Source: a bacterium
Lineage (GTDB): Bacteria > Patescibacteriota > Dojkabacteria > SC72
NCBI GenBank assembly: GCA_022840695.1
Contig: JALHDC010000003.1
Span: forward strand, 11,538 to 75,537
Direction of reading: 5' to 3'
Length of the DNA: 64,000 nucleotides
Under the pieces are notes generated by a model. That model was not told the origin of the DNA, did no database searches, and saw only the letters and a program-made list of their open reading frames with translations. Both the position numbers and the translations under genes were made by a program. Shown piece by piece: positions 40,300 through 49,782 of the stretch (positions are counted from its first letter, which is position 1; each line of letters opens with the position of its first letter).

Positions 40300-42723
40300 T
40301 TATTTACCCATATTTACCAATTCTTTTACTGCTTTTTGCAACATCTGAGAGTACAAACCGTAACCTACTGAATTGATGGTTCCAGACTGATTTTTACCCA
40401 ATATATCTCCTGCTCCCCTAATCTCCAAATCTTTATTAGAGAGTAAGAAACCTGAACCTAGTTCCTGAGAATCCTTTATAGCTTCCAACCTTAAGATAGC
40501 ATCACCTTTCAAATTATCAAAGTAAAAATATGCATATGCTTGTACATTAGATCTCCCAATCCTACCCCTAATCTGATACATCTGAGAAAGTCCCAACATA
40601 GTTGCATCATCTATGATTAATGTATTTACAGTAGGGATATCTAAGCCATTTTCTATAATTGTAGTACATACCAATATATCAATATTTCCCTTAACAAACT
40701 CACTCATACTATCTGAAAGTTTTTGTACACTCATCTGCCCATGAGCTATAGCAATACTGCTATGTGGAAACATTTTGACCAATTTCTCATATACTGCCCC
40801 TATTGTATTAACCCTATTATGCAAAAAATACACCTGGCCACCTCTTTTTAATTCATTGGATATAGCTTCTTGTATACTATCCCAACTAAATTTCTCAAAG
40901 TAATTGACTATCTCTTTTCTCCCAGAAGGAGGGGTTGCAAGTACTGAAATATCTCGAATACCTGAAAGAGCCATATTTAATGTTCTAGGTATTGGTGTAG
41001 CTGTCAATGAAAGAACATTTGTATCAACTCTCTTCTCTTTTATCTGCTCCTTCTGCTTAACTCCAAATTTCTGCTCCTCATCTATGACTAAAAGTCCAAG
41101 GTTTTTAAACGAAATATCCTTAGAAAGAAGTGCATGTGTACCAATTACAATATCCACTGTCCCCCTTTTTAATCCTTCCTTAACATCTTCCTTTTCTCTC
41201 GATAATGAAAATCTAGAAAGGGAAACGATGTTGTAAGGATAGTTTTTAAACCTTTCTTTAAATACAGATAGATGCTGTTCTATAAGGACAGTAGTTGGAG
41301 CGAGTATTGCCACCTGATACCCTGCATTAACAGCTGTAAACACCGCTCTGGTAGCTATTTCTGTTTTACCATAGCCAACATCCCCCACTAATAACCTGTC
41401 CATTGGCTTGCTATTTTGGAAGTCAGAAATTATATGATTTGTAGCTAAGATTTGATCATCTGTATCTTGAAATTCAAACTGTTTAACAAATATATTCAAT
41501 TCTTCTAAACTATCCTCTGTTGGAAGAAGTATTTCTGCCTTTGAGGTTTCTCTAAGAGCATACAATTGCAAAAGTTCTTTCGCTATATCTTCGGCCCTTT
41601 CTTGAGCCTTCTTTGAAATTCTTTTCCATATACCACTATTTAAACCTGTAAGAATGGGCCTTCTCTTTCCTGCCCCTATATATTTAGTTAATTTCTCAGA
41701 GGCTGTAAGTGGTACAAAAAGCCTATCTTTTCCAGCATATGCTATCTCAATATATGCCCCATGCTCCCTCTTCACTACATTAACAAACTGACCAATACCA
41801 TGATCCTGATGAACTACATAATCTCCAGGAATTATCTTCTTCAATATCTCAACAGAACCAGGATCTATTTCAATATTTCTTTTTTCATACAGAGAAAGAT
41901 CTAATTGTCCTAACATTTCTAAATCCGTTAAAAGCAATATCTTTCCCACAGAGGAGACAAAACCCCTTTTAATTTGCTTTTCTAACTGATCTTTTGCTTT
42001 AAATATTCTTCCAATGCTAATTTTTAAATCTTTCTCTAATTCTGTATCAAACTTTTCAATATTATTTGTTAAATACCAAACCTCATATCCTCTACTAACA
42101 TAGTTCTTTACAATTTCTAACAAAGCTTTTCTAGAAGTGAAAGACTCTATGTCTGGTATCCCTCTTATACCCAAATCTACTGCCCCCTGTGTATCTCCAA
42201 TATTCTTAACCATTACAATATTTGTACTTTTTAAGGAATCTTCGTTACCAACCAATAACTTACTGTTTTTTCCTAATATCACTCTCTCTGTAATATCCTT
42301 AACTGCTTTTCTACTCTCCACCTCAACTACGGATATTTTCTCTATGCTTTCTCCAAATAAGCTTAGTCTAATGATTCTATTCATGCTAAATGGCCAGACT
42401 ACAATAACATCACCTAAAATTGATATTTCACCTTCATTCCAAACTCTCTCTACTCTTTCGTAACCTATACTTAAGAAAGAATTAATATCAAAATTCTCAC
42501 CTACCCTAATAGTTAAGGTCTCTGAACTACTTTCCTTAGTTTCATCCTCCATAGAGAGCCATACACTGCTTCCTAGGAGCTTTCCTAAAAGCTCTGCAGT
42601 TAATTCATACTGATCTATATCTACTCCTGTCACTCGAAGAGTATCTGATATTCCCCCTTTGAGTATCTGATATTTCTCAACTAATGATTCTGTTAAATTT
42701 TTTGTTATATCTTCCTTTTTCAC
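40300..42723 (-). CDS. mfd: transcription-repair coupling factor Mfd (compact form)
   Basis: RNAP-interacting domain GDYVVHQDHGIGQF. SF2 motifs LLVGDVGYGKTE, DEEQ, QIRGRIGRS. 807 aa versus about 1150 in E. coli. Ends about 40 aa after motif VI. Confidence 0.88.
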   Translation of the reverse strand: MKKEDITKNLTESLVEKYQILKGGISDTLRVTGVDIDQYELTAELLGKLLGSSVWLSMEDETKESSSETLTIRVGENFDINSFLSIGYERVERVWNEGEISILGDVIVVWPFSMNRIIRLSLFGESIEKISVVEVESRKAVKDITERVILGKNSKLLVGNEDSLKSTNIVMVKNIGDTQGAVDLGIRGIPDIESFTSRKALLEIVKNYVSRGYEVWYLTNNIEKFDTELEKDLKISIGRIFKAKDQLEKQIKRGFVSSVGKILLLTDLEMLGQLDLSLYEKRNIEIDPGSVEILKKIIPGDYVVHQDHGIGQFVNVVKREHGAYIEIAYAGKDRLFVPLTASEKLTKYIGAGKRRPILTGLNSGIWKRISKKAQERAEDIAKELLQLYALRETSKAEILLPTEDSLEELNIFVKQFEFQDTDDQILATNHIISDFQNSKPMDRLLVGDVGYGKTEIATRAVFTAVNAGYQVAILAPTTVLIEQHLSVFKERFKNYPYNIVSLSRFSLSREKEDVKEGLKRGTVDIVIGTHALLSKDISFKNLGLLVIDEEQKFGVKQKEQIKEKRVDTNVLSLTATPIPRTLNMALSGIRDISVLATPPSGRKEIVNYFEKFSWDSIQEAISNELKRGGQVYFLHNRVNTIGAVYEKLVKMFPHSSIAIAHGQMSVQKLSDSMSEFVKGNIDILVCTTIIENGLDIPTVNTLIIDDATMLGLSQMYQIRGRIGRSNVQAYAYFYFDNLKGDAILRLEAIKDSQELGSGFLLSNKDLEIRGAGDILGKNQSGTINSVGYGLYSQMLQKAVKELVNMGK

Positions 42724-42781
42724 ACCGCTATTTTATCAACTACTCAGGAATATGTATAATGGAGAGATAATTTGAGAATAT

Positions 42782-44014
42782 TTGATTATGTATATAGCTC
42801 ACGCACCAATATCATATTTGTCCAACGAAATAGTACAGGCAAAAAACCTAAAAAAATTAAAGACAGAACAACAGATATTAGTAGCAATATTTTCCTTAAT
42901 ACTTGGAATACTCCCTGATTTTGATCTTTTCCTTAGTAATATACCAGGATTTATGCATCACACTTTTGTTACACATACTCCCTTCTTCTATATACTGATA
43001 TGGATTGTCTTGAAAATTCTCATTAATCCGATTTCCAGAATACTAAATAAAAGAGTGTCAAACTTTCTAGATAAAAATTTGTTAAATATATTAGTAAATA
43101 CATTCTTAATCGGGACAATATCACATATACTAGCAGACACATTTGTTAGCAGTATTATGCTTCTATATCCTCTTTTTCATATAAAAATACACATATTTAG
43201 GTACATATTCGAACCAAACCTCTTCTCTGGATACTTCCTTAGCACCCTGTTCGCTATTGAAATGGTATTTATTTCACTGTTTCTATATTTGATTTACAAA
43301 AACTTTTTTAAAAAGCAAAAAATCGCAGAAAATTTTTCAAAAGTATTAATAATTCTTTCTGGGATATATCTTCTTTTCTCAACATTCTTCTCACTTTCAA
43401 CCTACAATCGTAGCTATATGTATGACAACGAAGGAAATATTAGCTATGACACTGATTACGATACTCTGAAGGACCAAGATGATATGAACATTGGAAATAC
43501 AAAGGAAAGCAATATTTTAAAAGCAAATAACGAAGATATCTTAGACAGTACCTTGGATATCGTTAATTCAAAGAAATGGAGCAGTTATCACAAAAATTCC
43601 CTCATTGAGAAGATAAAGATGGTGTATGGAGGATTTGATTCATACAGTATCGTTTCTCAAGCATATTACAATTTACACTTACCAGTTGAACCTGTATTAA
43701 AGGATTTTGCTATAAAAGAAAATGGATTTGAATCATATACCAAAGTATATCCATATGAACAATTACTACTGGAATACCTGCAAAAAGAAGATCTTCTTGT
43801 AGAGCTTAATTTAGATTCTGACCCTACTCTCCCACATTCCAAAATATTCTTCTTAATTAATTCAAATAATGAAATTATTAACCTAGGGATTACCTTAGAA
43901 GGGAACTATATAGCTACTGTTTTTGAAAATGACACATACTTACAAATGCATTCTTACAAAGAGGTAAGGACAGAATATTTAGAAAGTATTGAAAAAATAT
44001 ATATACAGAAGTAG
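42782..44014 (+). CDS. membrane protein with N-terminal DUF457/YdjM-like membrane-bound metal-dependent hydrolase region; C-terminal domain unknown
   Basis: His-rich membrane segment (FMHHTFVTHTPFFY..SHILADTFVSS), TM helices, then soluble Asp/Asn-rich domain. Confidence 0.4.
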   Translation: MIMYIAHAPISYLSNEIVQAKNLKKLKTEQQILVAIFSLILGILPDFDLFLSNIPGFMHHTFVTHTPFFYILIWIVLKILINPISRILNKRVSNFLDKNLLNILVNTFLIGTISHILADTFVSSIMLLYPLFHIKIHIFRYIFEPNLFSGYFLSTLFAIEMVFISLFLYLIYKNFFKKQKIAENFSKVLIILSGIYLLFSTFFSLSTYNRSYMYDNEGNISYDTDYDTLKDQDDMNIGNTKESNILKANNEDILDSTLDIVNSKKWSSYHKNSLIEKIKMVYGGFDSYSIVSQAYYNLHLPVEPVLKDFAIKENGFESYTKVYPYEQLLLEYLQKEDLLVELNLDSDPTLPHSKIFFLINSNNEIINLGITLEGNYIATVFENDTYLQMHSYKEVRTEYLESIEKIYIQK

Positions 44015-44578
44015 CTAAAGGAGAATATCCGCTAGTATCCCCTGTATGGAGGTCTGTATAACCTCATCTATTATCACTCTCTCATCTTTAGAAAATTTCA
44101 TAAGGACATAATCTTCTCCAGGAATATTCTTATCCTCCCTTGCTTCAACCCCTATCCTAACTCTCTTAAACTGAGTTGTCCCAACCCTATCCTCTACATT
44201 CTTAACCCCATTATGACCCTGTGGCGACTTTCCTAGCTGTATTTTGAACTTACCTAAAGATATATCCAAATCATCATGTATCAAAACAAAGTTATCATCT
44301 AAATCCTCTATCTCAAATTTTTTTAATATCTTTGCAACAGCTTCTCCAGACTTATTCATATATGTAAGCGGTTTTTGGAATATTGCAACTATCTTTGATC
44401 CTTCTTTAAGAAAGCATAATTCAGAATTAAACATATCATCCTCTTCCCACTCTGTAATGTTTAAATCTTTCTGATATAGAAATTTCTCTCTGAGAGCATC
44501 TAAAAATAAAAATCCAACATTATGTCTTGTTTCTAAATATTTTTTTTCGGGATTTCCCAATCCTGTTATTAATTTCAT
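44015..44578 (-). CDS. pth: peptidyl-tRNA hydrolase
   Basis: MKLITGLGNPEKKYLETRHNVGF canonical Pth N-terminus. HDDLD motif. Confidence 0.95.
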   Translation of the reverse strand: MKLITGLGNPEKKYLETRHNVGFLFLDALREKFLYQKDLNITEWEEDDMFNSELCFLKEGSKIVAIFQKPLTYMNKSGEAVAKILKKFEIEDLDDNFVLIHDDLDISLGKFKIQLGKSPQGHNGVKNVEDRVGTTQFKRVRIGVEAREDKNIPGEDYVLMKFSKDERVIIDEVIQTSIQGILADILL

Positions 44579-44996
44579 ACTGTATATTGTCCAATATATT
44601 CTCCTGTTTTACAAATATTTCTTCCGTTTGCTTTATTCCATCCTTAAAATGCCCCTTATGCTCATATCCTGAAAGATGTAACAAACCATGAACTATATTT
44701 CTTAAAATCTCTTCTTCCTTATATTTCTTTGAAATATATTCTGGACATATATATATTTCTCCCAAAAGAGGTTTCTGCTCTATTGTAAAAGTTAATACAT
44801 CTGTTGGCTCATTCTTTTTTCTAAACTCAGAATTCAACTTTGTAATCTCATTGATACCCACAAATATGATATTTACATCTACAATATCAGAATTTTTGAA
44901 ATTTGAAAGAATCAGCTCCTTAAGTAACGACTTACTGAATGATATATCAGGAAAATATTTTTTTAATTCACTCCAGTTACTGAAATTTAGCCTCAT
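44520..44996 (-). CDS. ybeY: rRNA maturation endoribonuclease YbeY
   Basis: TDVLTF and HGLLHLSGYEH zinc-binding signature. 3' end overlaps pth start. Confidence 0.9.
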   Translation of the reverse strand: MRLNFSNWSELKKYFPDISFSKSLLKELILSNFKNSDIVDVNIIFVGINEITKLNSEFRKKNEPTDVLTFTIEQKPLLGEIYICPEYISKKYKEEEILRNIVHGLLHLSGYEHKGHFKDGIKQTEEIFVKQENILDNIQYEINNRIGKSRKKIFRNKT

Positions 44997-44997
44997 A

Positions 44998-45444
44998 CTA
45001 GCTAAGAAGCTCTTGAACTATATTTTTGACAGTATTTCCATCTGTTTTACCATCTAATTCCTTCATAACAACTCCCATAACCTTGCCCATATCTTTCATA
45101 TCTTTTGCTCCCAATTCATCTATCTTTTTCTCAACCACCTTTCTAACTTCATCTTCACCCATCAATTCCGGCAAGTATGATTCTAATACTTCTAATTGGG
45201 ATTTCTCTTTAGAAAGGAGATCTTCTCTTCCCATTTTCTCAAATTGCTCTATGGAATCTTTAACCTTCTTAACCTCTTTTCTTAATATTTTTTCAATATC
45301 TGTATCTGAAAGCTCTTTCTCAACCTCAATTTGAGCATTCTTGATTGATGCCAAAGCCATTTTTAATATATCAGATTTATTAACATCACCATCCTTCGAT
45401 GCCTGAAACATATCCTTTCGTAATGTATCTACTAGAGACATTGG
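44998..45444 (-). CDS. yqeY: GatB/YqeY-domain protein
   Basis: MSLVDTLRKDM..NAQIEVEKELSD..IEQFEKMGREDLLSKEKSQLEVLESYLP..DMGKVMGVVM matches YqeY family. Start placed at internal Met, because the longer ORF overlaps rpsU. Confidence 0.85.
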   Translation of the reverse strand, partial: PMSLVDTLRKDMFQASKDGDVNKSDILKMALASIKNAQIEVEKELSDTDIEKILRKEVKKVKDSIEQFEKMGREDLLSKEKSQLEVLESYLPELMGEDEVRKVVEKKIDELGAKDMKDMGKVMGVVMKELDGKTDGNTVKNIVQELLS

Positions 45445-45458
45445 GAAATTATTACAAT

Positions 45459-45659
45459 TTATTTTGCTCTTCTTGAAGCAGCTCTTCTTCTTCTCTTCAT
45501 CTTTGCCCACTCTCTTCTCTTCTGTATCTTTTCATCTGCTTCCTTGCTTCTATACTGCTTCTCTCTGTAGGTTTCTAAGATTTTCTCCCTTAGAACCTCT
45601 CTATGAAGTCTCTTGAGTGCACTATCTATATTTTCGTTCGAATGTACTATGACTGACAT
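45459..45659 (-). CDS. rpsU: 30S ribosomal protein S21
   Basis: 66 aa, basic. MSVIVHSNENIDSALKRLHRE.. and RRRRAASRRAK tail typical of S21. Confidence 0.85.
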   Translation of the reverse strand: MSVIVHSNENIDSALKRLHREVLREKILETYREKQYRSKEADEKIQKRREWAKMKRRRRAASRRAK

Positions 45660-45691
45660 AACTTTTCCTTAAATTAATATATAGCTTGGTG

Positions 45692-45720
45692 ATTATATCA
45701 TCTCCCCCTAGGAGGTTCAA
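45692..45720 (-). promoter_or_regulatory. sigma-70-like promoter for rpsU: TTGAAC-N17-TATAAT with G-rich spacer
   Basis: On the minus strand: TTGAAC CTCCTAGGGGGAGATGA TATAAT, 32-nt leader with AAGGA before ATG. Same architecture upstream of rpmB and the M50 gene. Confidence 0.5.
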
Positions 45721-45740
45721 CTCAATACCTCCACTCACAA

Positions 45741-45760
45741 GGTCTTACCTAGGTCTGACC
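45741..45760. repeat. REP-like 20-bp imperfect palindrome GGTCTTACC-TA-GGTCTGACC (copy 1)
   Basis: Exact 20-mer also at 45803-45822 and 63017-63036. Half-swapped form GGTCTGACC-TA-GGTCTTACC at 59572-59591 and 59668-59687. Central CCTAGG. Confidence 0.6.
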
Positions 45761-45802
45761 CTTTTAGATAGAGAAAAGACCTTTGTTAAGGGGTAAGAAT
45801 GA

Positions 45803-45822
45803 GGTCTTACCTAGGTCTGACC
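45803..45822. repeat. REP-like 20-bp palindromic element (copy 2), abutting the stop codon of the LPETG-protein gene
   Basis: Identical to 45741-45760. The two copies flank a 42-bp spacer. Confidence 0.6.
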
Positions 45823-47289
45823 TTAGAATCTAATTTTTTTCTCAAAAGTCTTTTTCCTTTTTTCGGATTTCTGAATGTCTTGCTCTTTCTTCTTCTTTTT
45901 CATATTTAATTTCATCTCTCGGTCTTTTTTTACAAACCAACTTCTGGTATTACTGAATAATTTTGGAATCATGAATATCCTCTGCCCTATCCATGTCCAT
46001 GTAAATCCTAGGAAAAGAAGTACAGCACCAACAGCTAATGAAGATTCAGTTTCGTCAAATATACCAGTTTCGGGCAAATCCTCTTCTGGAGGTAAAGGTG
46101 GTTCTGGTTGTGTAATTTCACAGTCAGCTGTGATTCTTGCAGATGCAGTTATCGGTTCACCTTCTTTAGGATATGCAGTTGCTACATTATTATATTCACC
46201 GAAGTTTTCTTTTGCGACAGCCATTGTATATGTGAATGTTTTTGTCTGACCAGCAGCAAAAATTTCTTCATTTCCCTGCAAATCCCACACTATCGTTCCA
46301 CTAGAGAATATTCCTCCGGAGGAAATTCCAGACAGATATGATTCTAACACCTTGGAATCTGGATCATCGACAACTTTATCCAAGCTTCCTGTACCTTTTC
46401 CTGTATTTGAAACAGATATTACATAGGATATTTCTGCCCTAGGATTCTCAGTATTTTCATCTACACACTTCTCCACAGCCTGTTTTGAAATACTCCAATT
46501 GGGATTTAGTACTTCTGCTAATACCTCGAAGGAGGTTGTTAAAGTACAACTATTTCCTCCTACTCCTTTTTTGTCTTTCCAACTTGTGGAAATGGTATAG
46601 GAGCCTGCAGGAAGACAATTTGTGGAAGTACTTAAAGTCTCAGAAACCTTTGTTTGCTTTGCTTCTTCTGTTTTAGAAAAACTGCCCCTTGCTATATCAT
46701 TCATCTTTACAACTATGCTGGATTCATCAATGCCATCTGAATCCTTTGCCAAGAAAGAATATTTAACCTCATCACAGTATTCATATGTACCTGTAGGCTT
46801 ATTCTCCCACTCTCCTCCATCGCATTTATTTTGAGGTAACTGTTTACAATATCTTTTTACAACAAACTTATTTAAACAATTCGTGCAAGCACCACTACAA
46901 GATGTTTTCGCTTTACAACCGGATGCTTTAGCTCCAGAATCACCCGATACTCCACAATTTGTCCAACCAGAAGGACATGCAGGAGGATTACATTTTGTTG
47001 CAGTACCACAAGCTTGACCACATGTGAAATTATTGGGAGTTCTACAACCACATGTCCTCCATGCAGGATTCGTATCACTACTACATCCACAATATGCCAC
47101 AGACGGCCATTCGCAGGCAGGACATTGTTTACCTTCAACACAGGTTACTGCATCACTATATTCTGGCGAAAGTTGCTCCTCTTGATTCACTCTCCAAAGA
47201 AGATATATTCCAGAACCTGCTAGTATAACGGCAAAAACAATCATAAAAATGATATTTCTTTTCCTTTTGTTAGGCAGTACTACTTTCAT
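45823..47289 (-). CDS. cysteine-rich cell-surface protein with N-terminal signal anchor and C-terminal LPETG-hydrophobic-basic segment (sortase-substrate-like)
   Basis: N-terminal TM. About 30 Cys in CxxC-rich region. LPETG at about residue 402 followed by hydrophobic stretch LAVGAVLLFLGFTWTWIG and Lys/Arg-rich tail. Confidence 0.55.
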   Translation of the reverse strand: MKVVLPNKRKRNIIFMIVFAVILAGSGIYLLWRVNQEEQLSPEYSDAVTCVEGKQCPACEWPSVAYCGCSSDTNPAWRTCGCRTPNNFTCGQACGTATKCNPPACPSGWTNCGVSGDSGAKASGCKAKTSCSGACTNCLNKFVVKRYCKQLPQNKCDGGEWENKPTGTYEYCDEVKYSFLAKDSDGIDESSIVVKMNDIARGSFSKTEEAKQTKVSETLSTSTNCLPAGSYTISTSWKDKKGVGGNSCTLTTSFEVLAEVLNPNWSISKQAVEKCVDENTENPRAEISYVISVSNTGKGTGSLDKVVDDPDSKVLESYLSGISSGGIFSSGTIVWDLQGNEEIFAAGQTKTFTYTMAVAKENFGEYNNVATAYPKEGEPITASARITADCEITQPEPPLPPEEDLPETGIFDETESSLAVGAVLLFLGFTWTWIGQRIFMIPKLFSNTRSWFVKKDREMKLNMKKKKKEQDIQKSEKRKKTFEKKIRF

Positions 47290-48419
47290 TATCCAAACAT
47301 ATTTCTCATATTATCTATATTCACAACATCCTTAATCATTATTAGAACAATGAGGATTATTAGAAAAATCATACTTGTATTAATTATTATTGCCTCTATT
47401 TTTTCATTTAAATCCTTTCTTAATATACTTTCTATCACTAATATGAAAACTCTTCCACCATCCAAAGCTGGTATGGGAAGAAGATTCATTATTGCCAAAG
47501 AAATTGAGAGATCTGCTATTAAAGAGAGAAATACTGCTATACCTCTATTTTTTAAGCTATCTATTAGGAGAAATATCCCTATAGGACCTGAAACAGTATT
47601 GGAAAGATCAGAATAGTCCCCTGTTTCTCTTGCTGTACCTATCATCGAACCTAATATCTTGAAGATGATTTTTAAATTATTTACTAAATATATTACTCCT
47701 GAAGATGCTTTGATATTTTCGTAATTTAGAATTGATCCCTCTAAAACATACACCCCTATCTTTCCATCATTAACTTTAACATCATAGCTCCCACACTCAC
47801 TTCCGCTATCATTACAAACAAATATATCTACTTCTTCCTTTTCCTTAATGATTTCAACTAATTCATCTCGGCTATCTATTTTTTCATCATCTACTTCATA
47901 AATGACACCAAAGCTTGGTAATCCAGCTCTTTCAGAATTCTCTCCAGGGATAACTTCATAACCAACAATATTTTCAACTTCTGCACCAACAATATTAATT
48001 CCCTTTAAATCAACATATATCGAAGATGTTTTCCAATTACTCAATCCTAGAATCACATAGTAGGATATTATGGCAAAGAGAATATTCATCACCACTCCTG
48101 CCAACATGACAAAAATCTGTGATAACTTAGATTTATTCTTTAGATTTTCATCACTATTCTTGATATCTCCATCTTTTTCATACTCCCCAGGATCCCCATC
48201 ACCCAAAATCTTTACATAACCACCAAGTGGGATAATTCTAATACTGTAAACAGTTCCCTTATATTTTTTTGATATTAATTTTGGACCAAAACCTAATGAG
48301 AATTCGTAAACTTTTGCTTTTACAGACTTTGCAGCTAGAAAATGACCTAGCTCATGAATGAAGGTAAGAAAACCTATTACAAAAATAAAGAGAAGTATGT
48401 TTGTTAGAATAGATAACAT
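47289..48419 (-). CDS. rseP: RIP zinc metalloprotease RseP (site-2 protease, M50) with PDZ
   Basis: HELGHFLAA HExxH in first TM. PDZ region. LDGG motif (NLLPIPALDGGRV). Confidence 0.9.
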   Translation of the reverse strand: MLSILTNILLFIFVIGFLTFIHELGHFLAAKSVKAKVYEFSLGFGPKLISKKYKGTVYSIRIIPLGGYVKILGDGDPGEYEKDGDIKNSDENLKNKSKLSQIFVMLAGVVMNILFAIISYYVILGLSNWKTSSIYVDLKGINIVGAEVENIVGYEVIPGENSERAGLPSFGVIYEVDDEKIDSRDELVEIIKEKEEVDIFVCNDSGSECGSYDVKVNDGKIGVYVLEGSILNYENIKASSGVIYLVNNLKIIFKILGSMIGTARETGDYSDLSNTVSGPIGIFLLIDSLKNRGIAVFLSLIADLSISLAIMNLLPIPALDGGRVFILVIESILRKDLNEKIEAIIINTSMIFLIILIVLIMIKDVVNIDNMRNMFG

Positions 48420-48435
48420 GAGTTGGAAATATAAA

Positions 48436-48981
48436 TTAAATAGTTAATAAATCCTTCTCCTTATCACCCTTTATCTCCTCTATCTTTTCATTTGATAATT
48501 TAACCTCTTTCTCTATCTCATCCCTTAATCTATCAGCTTCATCTTCAGAAAAGCCATCCTTCTGAGCCTCATCTATCTCCTTCATATATTTCTGTCTAAC
48601 CTGTCTCACAGCTATTCGACCATCCTCTATTCTCTCTTTCATTATCTTTACATACTCCATTCTCCTTTCCTCTGTAAGGTCAGGAAGTTTAACTAATACT
48701 CTATCCCCCTCTGTCATTGGGGAAAGTCCTAAATTCGCACTACTTATACCCTTAGAAATATTTTCTAATATACTCTTATCCCAAGGCTGAATATTTATAG
48801 TTTTAGCATCTACTGCACTTATCGTAGCAAGATTTTTAAGAGGAGAAGTGGTTTCGTAAGCATTTATCATTACTTCTTCTACTAATTCTGGAGTAGCTCT
48901 GCCTGTTCTTATCTGGGAAAGATCTTCCTTGACATGCTCAATACACTTGGCTATGTCTTTTTTAAATAATTCAATATCCAT
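48436..48981 (-). CDS. frr: ribosome recycling factor
   Basis: 181 aa. RTGRATPELVE.., LNLGLSPMTEGDRVLVKLPDLTEERR matches RRF. Confidence 0.95.
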   Translation of the reverse strand: MDIELFKKDIAKCIEHVKEDLSQIRTGRATPELVEEVMINAYETTSPLKNLATISAVDAKTINIQPWDKSILENISKGISSANLGLSPMTEGDRVLVKLPDLTEERRMEYVKIMKERIEDGRIAVRQVRQKYMKEIDEAQKDGFSEDEADRLRDEIEKEVKLSNEKIEEIKGDKEKDLLTI

Positions 48982-49058
48982 ACCAAAATATTAATATTTT
49001 ATTAGGATAATTGTATATTAAAAAGGAAGAAAGATAAAGAAGAAAGATTTATAAGGAA

Positions 49059-49766
49059 TTACAAATTCCAAACAACAAATCTAGATATCTCTATAGGCTC
49101 ACCTAACTTCTGTACAGCATCATCTAAAAGATTTCCCATAGTCTTAGAATCATCCTTAAACCACTTCTGACTCAACAAACATTTCTCTTCAAAGAATTTA
49201 TTCAACTTCCCCTCTACAATCTTTTCTACAATATTATCTGGTTTTCCCTCACTTTTTGCCTCTTTCTCGTATAATTCTTTTAATTTGTTTAATTCTTCTT
49301 CTTTTATAGAATCTTTTGAGACATACTCGGGCTTCATTGCTGCCACCTGAAGTACTATCTCATGAGCAAATTTTCTAAAATCTTCATTTCTGGCCACAAA
49401 ATCCGTCTTACACTGAACCTCAACCAACGCAGCTAACTTCTGCTCTTTTCCATGCACATATGCCTCTATAACACCTTCTTTCTTCTCATCTAAATCCTCC
49501 CCTATAGGCTCATCCCATCCTCGCTCTTTAATCAACTCTACTGTCTTTTCGAAATCCTTACCTGCTTCTTCGAATGCTAATTTACATAAACCTATCTTAG
49601 CTCCTGTTAAATTTCTCAACCTACTAATGACATCACTTCTTTTATTGATATATTCCACAGCCTTATTCATATCTCCATCAGACTTAACTAAAGCCTCTTT
49701 ACATAAAGCCATTCCTGCAGATGTTTTAGCTCTCAAAGTTTTAATATCTTCTACCGTTATTCCCAT
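49059..49766 (-). CDS. tsf: elongation factor Ts
   Basis: MGITVEDIKTLRAKTSAGMALCKEAL UBA-like N-terminus. Start placed at internal Met, because the longer ORF overlaps rpsB. Confidence 0.9.
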   Translation of the reverse strand: MGITVEDIKTLRAKTSAGMALCKEALVKSDGDMNKAVEYINKRSDVISRLRNLTGAKIGLCKLAFEEAGKDFEKTVELIKERGWDEPIGEDLDEKKEGVIEAYVHGKEQKLAALVEVQCKTDFVARNEDFRKFAHEIVLQVAAMKPEYVSKDSIKEEELNKLKELYEKEAKSEGKPDNIVEKIVEGKLNKFFEEKCLLSQKWFKDDSKTMGNLLDDAVQKLGEPIEISRFVVWNL

Positions 49767-49782
49767 TCTATTAATATTAAAA

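Noticed and set aside
44998-45510. longer 170-aa form of YqeY starting at 45510
   Set aside because: Its first 22 codons overlap the rpsU coding sequence. The conserved family N-terminus (MSLVDTL..) begins at the internal Met at 45444.
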